Below, piece by piece: positions 17,359 through 24,622 of a stretch of 32,000 nucleotides of DNA. How positions within the stretch are numbered: the first letter of the stretch is position 1; each line of letters opens with the position of its first letter. This DNA is from Fidelibacterota bacterium (GTDB taxonomy: Bacteria > Fidelibacterota > UBA2242). The position numbers were made by a program, and so were the translations under genes. The stretch is from positions 5,537 to 37,536 of the forward strand of contig DAOUYY010000002.1 of the NCBI GenBank assembly GCA_030665885.1. The letters run 5' to 3'. The notes beneath the pieces are model-generated. The model saw nothing but the letters and a program-made list of their open reading frames with translations, made no database searches and was not told the DNA's origin.

Positions 17359-18939
17359 TTAACTACTATTTTTCATTAACCAAGAACGAATTAACTTAGC
17401 TGCATCTTCGGAATTTGATTTAGCATAATCTATTACTTCGCTTGTCATCTTATTTTTTGCTTTCAATTTCGCTCTGGCTTCGGCACTGAGTTTCTTGATA
17501 TACAAATCTTCTGAAATGTATTCCTCTTCTTCTGAATCTATTGTTTTTTGATTTTGAGTTTTCCCGATCATCTTTTTCTTTTCCACACCAGGCAGATTTA
17601 ATATAACGTTAGAAGTCTTTAGCAATTTTTTCAAAAGAAAAAATACCACCAAAACTCCAATACCAACAATTCCCTTATTTATAATACCTGCCCACATTGC
17701 GTTTTTTTCTGCCTTGATAAAATACTGCTCATCGGTTTTTAAATCACTTTTATCAAATTTCATATTTTTTACCTCAACGATATCTCCTCGTTCCTCGCTA
17801 TATCCAACAGCACTCTTTATAAGTGCTGTAATCTGCTCCAGATCTCTATTACTCCAGGGAACATATTGTTCAACTTTCTTCCCATTCTCATCCTGAGCTA
17901 CCTTATATGTCCCATTAACTATAGCTGCCACCGAGATTTCATCTATTGTCCCCGTATTGCCCACATAATGTTCTACCGTCTTATTTAATTCATAGTTAGT
18001 AATGATATTTTCTCTATCATGTCTCTCTCTAGTAGAAGTCGTGTCCATATTCGTAGATGATTCCGTGTGTGACTCTTCACTAATTATCGCCACATTATCC
18101 GGATCAATTGATTCTGTTGTTCTATCAATCTGCTCGAAATTAAGTCCTACAGACACTTCAACAATAGCATTATTATTACCGACAATACTTTCAATGATAC
18201 CCATAACTTTTTTCTGGAGCTTTGCCTCAATTCTATGACGGAGGTCCCATCGATTTCCTACTGAACCGAGGACGATATCTTCATTCTGATTCTCAGATAG
18301 AAGTTTTCCATCAGAATCCACAACTACCACGTTCTGTGGCTCAATACCTTCTACACTATTGGAGATCAAAGCAGAAATCCCTTTCACTTGATCTGTACCG
18401 AGGTATCTGCCTTGCTGGAGATATAATACAACGGCGGCAGAACCTTTCTTTTTCTCTCCAAAAAGTCTCTCCCCAGGAAGCACAAGATGAACACGGCTAT
18501 TTTTTATTTCAGAAAACTGATTGAGTGTTCTGGTTAATTCTCCTTCAAGCGCCCTTTGCATATTCAATTGCTGCATATATGTGGTCATTCCGATTTTTGC
18601 ATTATCAAATATTTCATAACCTAATATTGCCTTACCAACATAACCAGATTCAGCAAATTGCAACCTCAGCTCTGCCACTTTCTCACCGGGAACTTTGATT
18701 GTCGTGCCATTATGTTCGAGCTTATATTTTATCTTCTTCCCCCTCAGATCGCTGACGATTTTTCCTGCGGTTGAAGGATCCAAATCTGTATATAATATCT
18801 CATACTCAGGACGGTTTGCCCAAACTACGAGAGCAATAATAGACGAAAGTATCCCGATAAACACTATGATAATGACTATTTTCTGTCCTAAAGAATACCG
18901 TTCAAGCAATTTCCCGATTTGCTTAAAAGCTTGATTCAT
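17359..18939 (-). CDS. fliF: Flagellar MS-ring protein FliF
   Basis: 526 aa with an N-terminal TM segment. The YscJ/FliF ring-building region is LYTDLDPSTAGKIVSDLRGKKIKYKLEHNGTTIKVP. It also has a second TM segment and a C-terminal FliG-binding tail. Confidence 0.95.
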   Translation of the reverse strand: MNQAFKQIGKLLERYSLGQKIVIIIVFIGILSSIIALVVWANRPEYEILYTDLDPSTAGKIVSDLRGKKIKYKLEHNGTTIKVPGEKVAELRLQFAESGYVGKAILGYEIFDNAKIGMTTYMQQLNMQRALEGELTRTLNQFSEIKNSRVHLVLPGERLFGEKKKGSAAVVLYLQQGRYLGTDQVKGISALISNSVEGIEPQNVVVVDSDGKLLSENQNEDIVLGSVGNRWDLRHRIEAKLQKKVMGIIESIVGNNNAIVEVSVGLNFEQIDRTTESIDPDNVAIISEESHTESSTNMDTTSTRERHDRENIITNYELNKTVEHYVGNTGTIDEISVAAIVNGTYKVAQDENGKKVEQYVPWSNRDLEQITALIKSAVGYSEERGDIVEVKNMKFDKSDLKTDEQYFIKAEKNAMWAGIINKGIVGIGVLVVFFLLKKLLKTSNVILNLPGVEKKKMIGKTQNQKTIDSEEEEYISEDLYIKKLSAEARAKLKAKNKMTSEVIDYAKSNSEDAAKLIRSWLMKNSS

Positions 18940-18967
18940 CGAACCATTTCCTTATATGTTGCCAAGA

Positions 18968-19285
18968 TTATACCGGCATCCGTTTTATTTCGTTATATGA
19001 CTCTACTAATTTATTTCTGATTTCCAACATCAATTGGAAGCTTAGGTGTGATTCTTCCAGACATACCATTGCCTCAGCAAGGTTTTCTGATCTTCCCTGA
19101 ATAATATCCGCAACTTTTTCAGTTGCTTCTTTCTGACTATTATTCACTGCTGTGAGAAAATTTTTTATCGTATCGCCAAAATTTACTGATGCAGTTTCCT
19201 TTTGATCTTTACTGATCTTTTTAAATTGATCTCTCTCTAATCCTACCAGCTGATTTATTTGAGATAATTCACCTACTTTTGACAT
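18968..19285 (-). CDS. fliE: Flagellar hook-basal body complex protein FliE
   Basis: 105 aa. FGDTIKNFLTAVNNSQKEA ... LEESHLSFQLMLEIRNKLVESYNEIKRMPV matches the FliE consensus (..vRNKlveAYqEImrMqv). GGAGGAAC lies before the ATG. Confidence 0.93.
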   Translation of the reverse strand: MSKVGELSQINQLVGLERDQFKKISKDQKETASVNFGDTIKNFLTAVNNSQKEATEKVADIIQGRSENLAEAMVCLEESHLSFQLMLEIRNKLVESYNEIKRMPV

Positions 19286-19293
19286 AGTTCCTC

Positions 19294-19584
19294 CTATCCA
19301 ATTAGATCCAGAAAACGCCCTTTGTGTATCTGATGAGTTTTACTCTGGCCATAAAACATTAACTCTCCTGGCTTCTCAAATCCAAAAAGCACCTTTAAAG
19401 TCACCATCTCTGTGGAAGATAGTACTTTGCTGGCAGGTACTGATTCCTTTGCTTTCAGATTAATCTGATTCTCTGCTCTGGTGGACTGTATATCAGTACT
19501 GTACCAACCTTTTATCTGAGTATCTAATTGTTTATATGATTTCTCTGTTATATGATTATTCTGAACAGGTGTAAAAATTTCCAT
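19294..19584 (-). CDS. Hypothetical 96-aa protein inserted between flgC and fliE
   Basis: Complete ORF with an AGGGAAGA Shine-Dalgarno directly upstream. It has 8-11-nt gaps to both neighbours and is co-oriented with them. I recognise no family. No TM segment or signal peptide is evident. Confidence 0.6.
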   Translation of the reverse strand: MEIFTPVQNNHITEKSYKQLDTQIKGWYSTDIQSTRAENQINLKAKESVPASKVLSSTEMVTLKVLFGFEKPGELMFYGQSKTHQIHKGRFLDLIG

Positions 19585-19595
19585 TCTTCCCTATC

Positions 19596-20093
19596 CTATA
19601 TCTTTAATGTATTCTTGGCTATCTGTTTTGCAGCAGTCATTACACTGACATTTGCCTCATAGGCACGGCTTACTGAAATCATCTCAACCATTTCTTCCAA
19701 AATATTTACATTTGACATATTCACATATCCATTTTCATCTGCTTGAGGATTAGACGGATCATAGATTCTCTTTACACCTTCGATCTCTACTACTTTTAAC
19801 TGCTGTTCTTCATTATTAGAATTAGATATAGAAAATCCAGGTTGCTTTATCCCTGATAAATGGCTTGAATTTGATTTCCGGAGACTTAAAGTCATATGAT
19901 CTCCAAACTCTCTGGGAGATCGAACAGATGGATTTAATTGTTTAACCACTTTTCGTTGATAGACATTTCCTTTATTATCAGCCACTCTCTCGGCATTTGC
20001 AATATTTTCAGAAATAACCTCAAGCTTCTTCATCTGAGTAAGCAGCCCCGAGAAACTGGTTTTAAGTGTTGAAAAAATTCCTTCTACATTCAT
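19596..20093 (-). CDS. flgC: Flagellar proximal rod protein FlgC
   Basis: 165 aa. The N-terminal motif is LEVISENIANAERV and the C-terminal motif is GYVNMSNVNILEEMVEMISVSRAYEANVSVM. It is roughly 20-25 aa longer than a typical FlgC because of a central S/N-rich insertion. Confidence 0.92.
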   Translation of the reverse strand: MNVEGIFSTLKTSFSGLLTQMKKLEVISENIANAERVADNKGNVYQRKVVKQLNPSVRSPREFGDHMTLSLRKSNSSHLSGIKQPGFSISNSNNEEQQLKVVEIEGVKRIYDPSNPQADENGYVNMSNVNILEEMVEMISVSRAYEANVSVMTAAKQIAKNTLKI

Positions 20094-20106
20094 ATTATAT
20101 TACCCC

Positions 20107-20487
20107 CTATCGATTTTTACCGATTATACTCGTCTGCAAAGCCCTGTAGTATCTACCAAGTACCCGGGAAACGAATTCGTGTCTAATCTGATTCTCTGCT
20201 AATTCTGCCATTTCTCTTGTGATGTCAACTTTTCCTCCATCTTTCTTTTCACCAGTACCTCCCCTATCAAATTTGGAAAACGCTATATGCTTTTCACTAG
20301 TAACTTTTAAATTTGACTGAGATGAAACGGATTTTAACACATTGGAAAAATCGGTATTAGTTCTATTGTAATCAGGGTTATTTGAATTAGCTACATTTTG
20401 AGCAATAGCCTTGTTCTGCTTTTGATAAGTTTCAAGAGCCTTTTTCATTAACTCTGCTTTTTCTGTATTAAATAGATCAATCTTCAT
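20107..20487 (-). CDS. flgB: Flagellar proximal rod protein FlgB
   Basis: 126 aa. The rod N-terminal motif is AIAQNVANSNNPDYNR and the C-terminal motif is DITREMAELAENQIRHEFVSRVL. It is the first gene of the structural block. It has no Shine-Dalgarno, which is consistent with a very short leader. Confidence 0.9.
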   Translation of the reverse strand: MKIDLFNTEKAELMKKALETYQKQNKAIAQNVANSNNPDYNRTNTDFSNVLKSVSSQSNLKVTSEKHIAFSKFDRGGTGEKKDGGKVDITREMAELAENQIRHEFVSRVLGRYYRALQTSIIGKNR

Positions 20488-20504
20488 TTTTCTGTATTGA
20501 CTTT

Positions 20505-20520
20505 CTCAATTACTATGCCA
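20505..20520 (-). promoter_or_regulatory. Sigma-54-like -24/-12 promoter element upstream of flgB
   Basis: The minus strand reads TGGCATAGTAATTGAG (TGGCAT-N5-TTGA). The -12 element ends 17 nt before the flgB ATG. Positions 1-6 and 12-15 are identical to the elements at 6308..6323 and 27656..27671. Confidence 0.55.
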
Positions 20521-20669
20521 TATGCTCACATTTGTTCAATCGGGATTCAATTCAACAATTCAACAACAACCGTAAATTCTTTATTACCAATATGCTATTG
20601 ATATATAAATGAATAAATTATAGCCAAAAAAAATTGATAATCTCTCTTAATGAATGCCGTATTGTGACA

Positions 20670-20682
20670 GGAAATTATTTCC
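20670..20682. promoter_or_regulatory. Perfect 13-bp palindrome GGAAATTATTTCC; candidate enhancer (UAS) for the flgB promoter
   Basis: Perfect dyad GGAAAT-T-ATTTCC, 149 nt upstream of the sigma-54-like element. The left flank ACA-GGAAAT is shared with the 6647 copy. It sits in the intergenic region next to the sigma-54 EBP gene. Confidence 0.55.
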
Positions 20683-20713
20683 AATCTGTGGTGAAATTGT
20701 CCACCACTAATAA

Positions 20714-20959
20714 TGCTATGAACAAAGATTTAAGTGGGTTAAATCCGTTGCACTATAAAAATATTACAAGGATGGTCTGTCTATATTCTATTACAAAACG
20801 GGACAACTAAAATCGGAAATTCCTTATAAAAATGGATTTCTGAACGGTACTGAGAAAATCTACTTCAAATTGGGAACTTTACTTTCGGAAACTCTATATC
20901 GAAAAAATGTAAAAGAAGAACCAACGAAATTTTTTAGTCCTGACGGAAAGTTGCAGTAA
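20714..20959 (+). pseudogene. Remnant of a MORN-variant (YwqK-like) repeat protein on the opposite strand, with an in-frame stop and no start
   Basis: The plus-strand frame reads CYEQRFKWVKSVAL*KYYKDGLSIFYYKTGQLKSEIPYKNGFLNGTEKIYFKLGTLLSETLYRKNVKEEPTKFFSPDGKLQ*. It shows the Y-x-NG-x-L...E-x-x-YKNG-x-x-x-G periodicity of MORN/YwqK repeats. A TAA lies at 20756..20758. There is no in-frame ATG, GTG or TTG, and an ATG at 20718 is in a different frame. Confidence 0.5.
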
Positions 20960-21023
20960 TAAAGACATTGTTTATTGTTTATTGTCTATTTTTAACCGTG
21001 TTTAAGGCGAGAGAGAAATCACG

Positions 21024-21055
21024 AATAAAACCGATTCAATTTTCCAGTGATTCGG
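21024..21055 (-). terminator. Probable intrinsic terminator after the sigma-54 EBP gene
   Basis: The minus strand reads CCGAATCA-ctggaaaat-TGAATCGG, an 8-bp stem with one A.A mismatch, followed by TTTTATT. It starts about 27 nt after the stop codon. Confidence 0.45.
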
Positions 21056-21081
21056 CGAATCTTTAGCATCACTTTGAAATA

Positions 21082-22452
21082 TTAAGTGTTTCCATTAGGC
21101 TGTGTATTTTCCTTTTCATATTGATGAAGCTTGTTCCTTAGTGTCCGTACACTAATATCCAATATATTAGCTGCCTGAGTACGATTATTTTTGGTACTTT
21201 TCAAGGTATTATAAATCAGCCTTTTTTCCATTTCCGCAATCGAAATTAGCTTTTCTTCAAAATCATTACCTTCGACTTGAACCTGATCCTGCTCTATACA
21301 AAAATGCTCAAGTGTAAGCGTTTCCTCCTTACCAGAATATAAAATTGCCCTTTCCACTATATTCTCCAGTTGGCGAATATTCCCTACCCAATCCTGACGG
21401 ATTAAAAAATCGAGAGTCTCCTTACTTACTATTTTATTTTCATATTGATATTCTTTACGAAATTTCTCGATAAAGTGGTTTAATAATACCGGTATATCCT
21501 CTCTCTTTGACTTGAGGGGTGCCACTTTGATAGGAAATACATTCAATCTAAAAAAGAGATCCGATCTAAATTTTTGTTCCTTGATCAATTTTTTGATATT
21601 TCTGTTCGTCGTAGCAATTATCCGAACATCAATAGGAATCTCTTTAACGCTACCCACTCTCGTGATCTTACCTTCTTGAAGTACACGTAATAATTTTGCC
21701 TGCATAGAAATAGGTATTTCGCTGATCTCATCAAGAAGAAATGTTCCACCATCTGCTTCTTCAAAAAAACCTTTATACGTTTTAATGGCATTGGTAAAAG
21801 ATCCCTTTTCATGCCCAAATAGAGTGCTTGCAAATAACGTCTCAGGAATTGCAGAACAATTAACCTTTACGAAAGGTCCTTTAGCTCGTTCACTATTGTA
21901 GTGAATTGCCTCTGCAATAAGTTCTTTCCCTGTTCCGCTTTCCCCCAGAATAAATACTGGTGCATCACTCCCGGCTACAATATCAATCTGATGAAAGATA
22001 TGCTGCATTGACTTGCTCTTACCCACCAATTTATTAAATCTATCATTATACGATAGTTTACTTTTTAGTATCTTATTTTCTTCTCTAAGATTCTCATAGT
22101 CAAAAAATCGTTTCACTCTCGATTCAATATGAGACAAAGAAAATGGTTTTGTTATAAAATCAAAAGCACCCTTGTGTAGTGCTTCAACGGCTGTTTTAAT
22201 AGTACCATAAGCAGTGATGATTAAAAAAGCAATATCGGGATCACTTTTTTTAACAAATTCCATCAGCTCAATACCATTCATTCCTGTCATCATCAAATCT
22301 GTAATCACTAGATCATATTTTTCTGCCTTCAGGATCTCTATAGCAGACTTTGCAGATTCAACAGACTTCGCTTCATACCCATTTTTATTAAAATATTCCT
22401 GTAAAATCGATCGGATACTGTAATCGTCATCAACCACAAGCAGTCGCTTCAT
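21082..22452 (-). CDS. Sigma-54-dependent response regulator (REC + AAA+ sigma-54 activator + Fis-type HTH; NtrC/FlrC/FlgR class)
   Basis: 456 aa. The REC domain has DDD at 8-10 and the acceptor region YDLVITDLMM. The AAA+ domain has Walker A GESGTGKE, Walker B FLLDEI and a sigma-54 contact loop GSFTNA in place of GAFTGA. The C-terminal HTH is RTQAANILDISVRTLRNKL. Confidence 0.93.
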   Translation of the reverse strand: MKRLLVVDDDYSIRSILQEYFNKNGYEAKSVESAKSAIEILKAEKYDLVITDLMMTGMNGIELMEFVKKSDPDIAFLIITAYGTIKTAVEALHKGAFDFITKPFSLSHIESRVKRFFDYENLREENKILKSKLSYNDRFNKLVGKSKSMQHIFHQIDIVAGSDAPVFILGESGTGKELIAEAIHYNSERAKGPFVKVNCSAIPETLFASTLFGHEKGSFTNAIKTYKGFFEEADGGTFLLDEISEIPISMQAKLLRVLQEGKITRVGSVKEIPIDVRIIATTNRNIKKLIKEQKFRSDLFFRLNVFPIKVAPLKSKREDIPVLLNHFIEKFRKEYQYENKIVSKETLDFLIRQDWVGNIRQLENIVERAILYSGKEETLTLEHFCIEQDQVQVEGNDFEEKLISIAEMEKRLIYNTLKSTKNNRTQAANILDISVRTLRNKLHQYEKENTQPNGNT

Positions 22453-22597
22453 AAGTTACTTTTTTCCTCTACTTCTTAAAGAGTGCTGATTGAGAAAATA
22501 TTTCCTAATACTCAAATCTCTTGTTTCTAAATTAACTTAACGAAACATCATATCCAAAAAAATTATGATCGTTCAATCAGAACAAACTATAGCATAT

Positions 22598-23221
22598 TTA
22601 ATCTTTTCGATCACTAATTTTATCCTTCTTCTCAGATACATTATCGAGTAGATTTTTCTGATAAGAACGGAGAACTGCTTCCTTATTAACCTGTAAGCTA
22701 TTATATTTATCGGACTTTACATGAATTCTGTTTTCGGCTGGAATTAAATCTTCAAGCATTCCTTTCAATTGTTTGTTCTCTTCTTTAAGCTTCTGAATGA
22801 TCTCTAAACTGCTTTGACTCTCGTATCTCAATTGAAGTTCTTTCCTGGCTCTCTCTATTATTGTAACTATCTGTATGATCTTAAAAGGTTTTATCAAGTA
22901 ATCATAAGCGTGATGTCTCAAAGCTTCTATCGAACTTTTAATCCCGGGATAACCCGTAATAAAGATAACAATAACTCCGGGATTATATTTTCTAATTTCC
23001 ACACTGAGATCGATTCCATTCATATCCGGTAAACAGATATCAATTAATGCGAACTGAAATTTTTTCTTATTTGCAATATTTAAGGCTTTCCCGGCATTTA
23101 CTGCAGCTAGAATCTTATATCCATATTCCCTTAAACCCATCTCGAGAACCCGTAGAATTGGCTCATTGTCATCAACAACCAGTAATGTTCTGTTTCCGGT
23201 GTCCATGTCACTCCTTACCAT
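22598..23221 (-). CDS. Response regulator receiver protein with a C-terminal coiled-coil tail (no recognisable output domain)
   Basis: 207 aa. The REC domain shows LLVVDDNEPIL, ALIDICLPDMNG and IKPF. A heptad-like K/E/L-rich tail follows. It abuts the upstream REC-GAF gene with a 1-nt gap. Confidence 0.85.
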   Translation of the reverse strand: MVRSDMDTGNRTLLVVDDNEPILRVLEMGLREYGYKILAAVNAGKALNIANKKKFQFALIDICLPDMNGIDLSVEIRKYNPGVIVIFITGYPGIKSSIEALRHHAYDYLIKPFKIIQIVTIIERARKELQLRYESQSSLEIIQKLKEENKQLKGMLEDLIPAENRIHVKSDKYNSLQVNKEAVLRSYQKNLLDNVSEKKDKISDRKD

Positions 23222-23222
23222 A

Positions 23223-24617
23223 TCATTTAATTTTTCCTCTGTGCATATCGGATGAAATTTTATCCAATTTATTAAATAGGCTACTACCCAATCCGTTTAT
23301 AATATCCTCAGCAGAATTCGCATCAAGTGGATAGGACATGATGACATATCTCACTGATAGTATTGGACTGCCTTTCTCCCCTATAAATAATTCTTCAATC
23401 TTTGTCCTGACACTCGCACAAGACAGTTCAATAGTTACCGGATTCCCCCCGAATACAATAATGAAGATTGAATCAAAGTTCTGCCATATTATCTCCGAAG
23501 TCGAGTCAAATTCATCCTCAACGATTTTCTTGTAGGATTTTTTCAATTCCTCAAGTGATGGAAAATTTTCACTTTCAAAACTATAAACCAACCTGATTGA
23601 CGCAAATGTAACTGATTTTTGCATTCTTTTTGCATACATCATTTTATCACTGATCATGTTATAAAATGCTCGCCCATAAGAATCACTAGTCAGTAATAAT
23701 TTTTCTCCGTATTGCTTTTCCGACTGGAAAATCGGTGCAATTTGAGTAGTCATAATGTTCAGTAGTTTTATTTCATCCTCTCTCGAAAAAATATCTTGTT
23801 CAACTTTAAATATTCCCATATATCCGAGTAACTTCCCAAGATACCGAATGGGAGCCAATACACATTGGTTTAAACGATTATCCCATTCAAGATTATTATT
23901 ATCAATTATTATCCCATTTTCAATATTAAAAAAAGTAGTTGTCTCTATTGATGAAATTTTTACATCATTTATTTTACTCTCAACCTGGAATATAAATTGG
24001 TCAACAAATCTATCGGAAAGTCCCCTCTTTTTAATTATTCTAAAAGTACCGGATGATTCATCACATAAAAACACTCCCGCTTTCTCAATTTTCATACCTT
24101 CTGCAAGCGTATCCAAAATCATATCAACTACCATATCAAAATCGGATACCTGATACAAAATGGTACTTATATCATACAACATTGTGATATTTGTCAACAT
24201 TTGTTGAATTTTATTATTAAGTGCAATATTTTCCCGTTTTAGATAAATCTTTTCGGCAGCTCGGTCTAATATGATTTTAATTTCTTGAAATTTGAAAGGC
24301 TTGCGAACATAATCGTAAACTCCGTACTGTATTGCCTCAATGGCTGAATCTATTGTAGCAAAACCAGTCATGACGACAATCTCTGTATCACGACCTTTTT
24401 CATTTACTGCTTTGATGATGTCCAACCCGGAGACATCTGGCATTTTCAAATCTGTAAGAACAATATCGTATGCATTTTTATTTATATATTCAAGTGCCTT
24501 TTTTGAGTCCGATAATCCGGTAATTTCATATCCAAATTCACTAAGAAAAAACGAAAGTTGATCAACAATCATTTGCTCATCATCTATTATTAATACCGAA
24601 GAATTATTTGATTTCAT
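23223..24617 (-). CDS. Response regulator with REC + GAF-like + degenerate GGDEF-like domains
   Basis: 464 aa. The REC domain shows VLIIDDEQ, IVLTDLKMPDVSG and RKPF. The GAF-like middle covers about aa 140-300. The C-terminal region aligns by eye to the GGDEF fold, but QNFDS replaces the GGDEF/GGEEF motif (..IIWQNFDSIFIIVFGG..). Confidence 0.7.
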   Translation of the reverse strand: MKSNNSSVLIIDDEQMIVDQLSFFLSEFGYEITGLSDSKKALEYINKNAYDIVLTDLKMPDVSGLDIIKAVNEKGRDTEIVVMTGFATIDSAIEAIQYGVYDYVRKPFKFQEIKIILDRAAEKIYLKRENIALNNKIQQMLTNITMLYDISTILYQVSDFDMVVDMILDTLAEGMKIEKAGVFLCDESSGTFRIIKKRGLSDRFVDQFIFQVESKINDVKISSIETTTFFNIENGIIIDNNNLEWDNRLNQCVLAPIRYLGKLLGYMGIFKVEQDIFSREDEIKLLNIMTTQIAPIFQSEKQYGEKLLLTSDSYGRAFYNMISDKMMYAKRMQKSVTFASIRLVYSFESENFPSLEELKKSYKKIVEDEFDSTSEIIWQNFDSIFIIVFGGNPVTIELSCASVRTKIEELFIGEKGSPILSVRYVIMSYPLDANSAEDIINGLGSSLFNKLDKISSDMHRGKIK

Positions 24618-24622
24618 ATAAT

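Noticed and set aside
22494-22505. GAAAATATTTCC upstream of the EBP gene, as an autoregulatory copy of the palindrome.
   Set aside because: One half-site is degenerate (GAAAAT), the half-sites abut with no central base, and no TGGCAT-N5-TTGA element lies downstream. The evidence is too weak to call.
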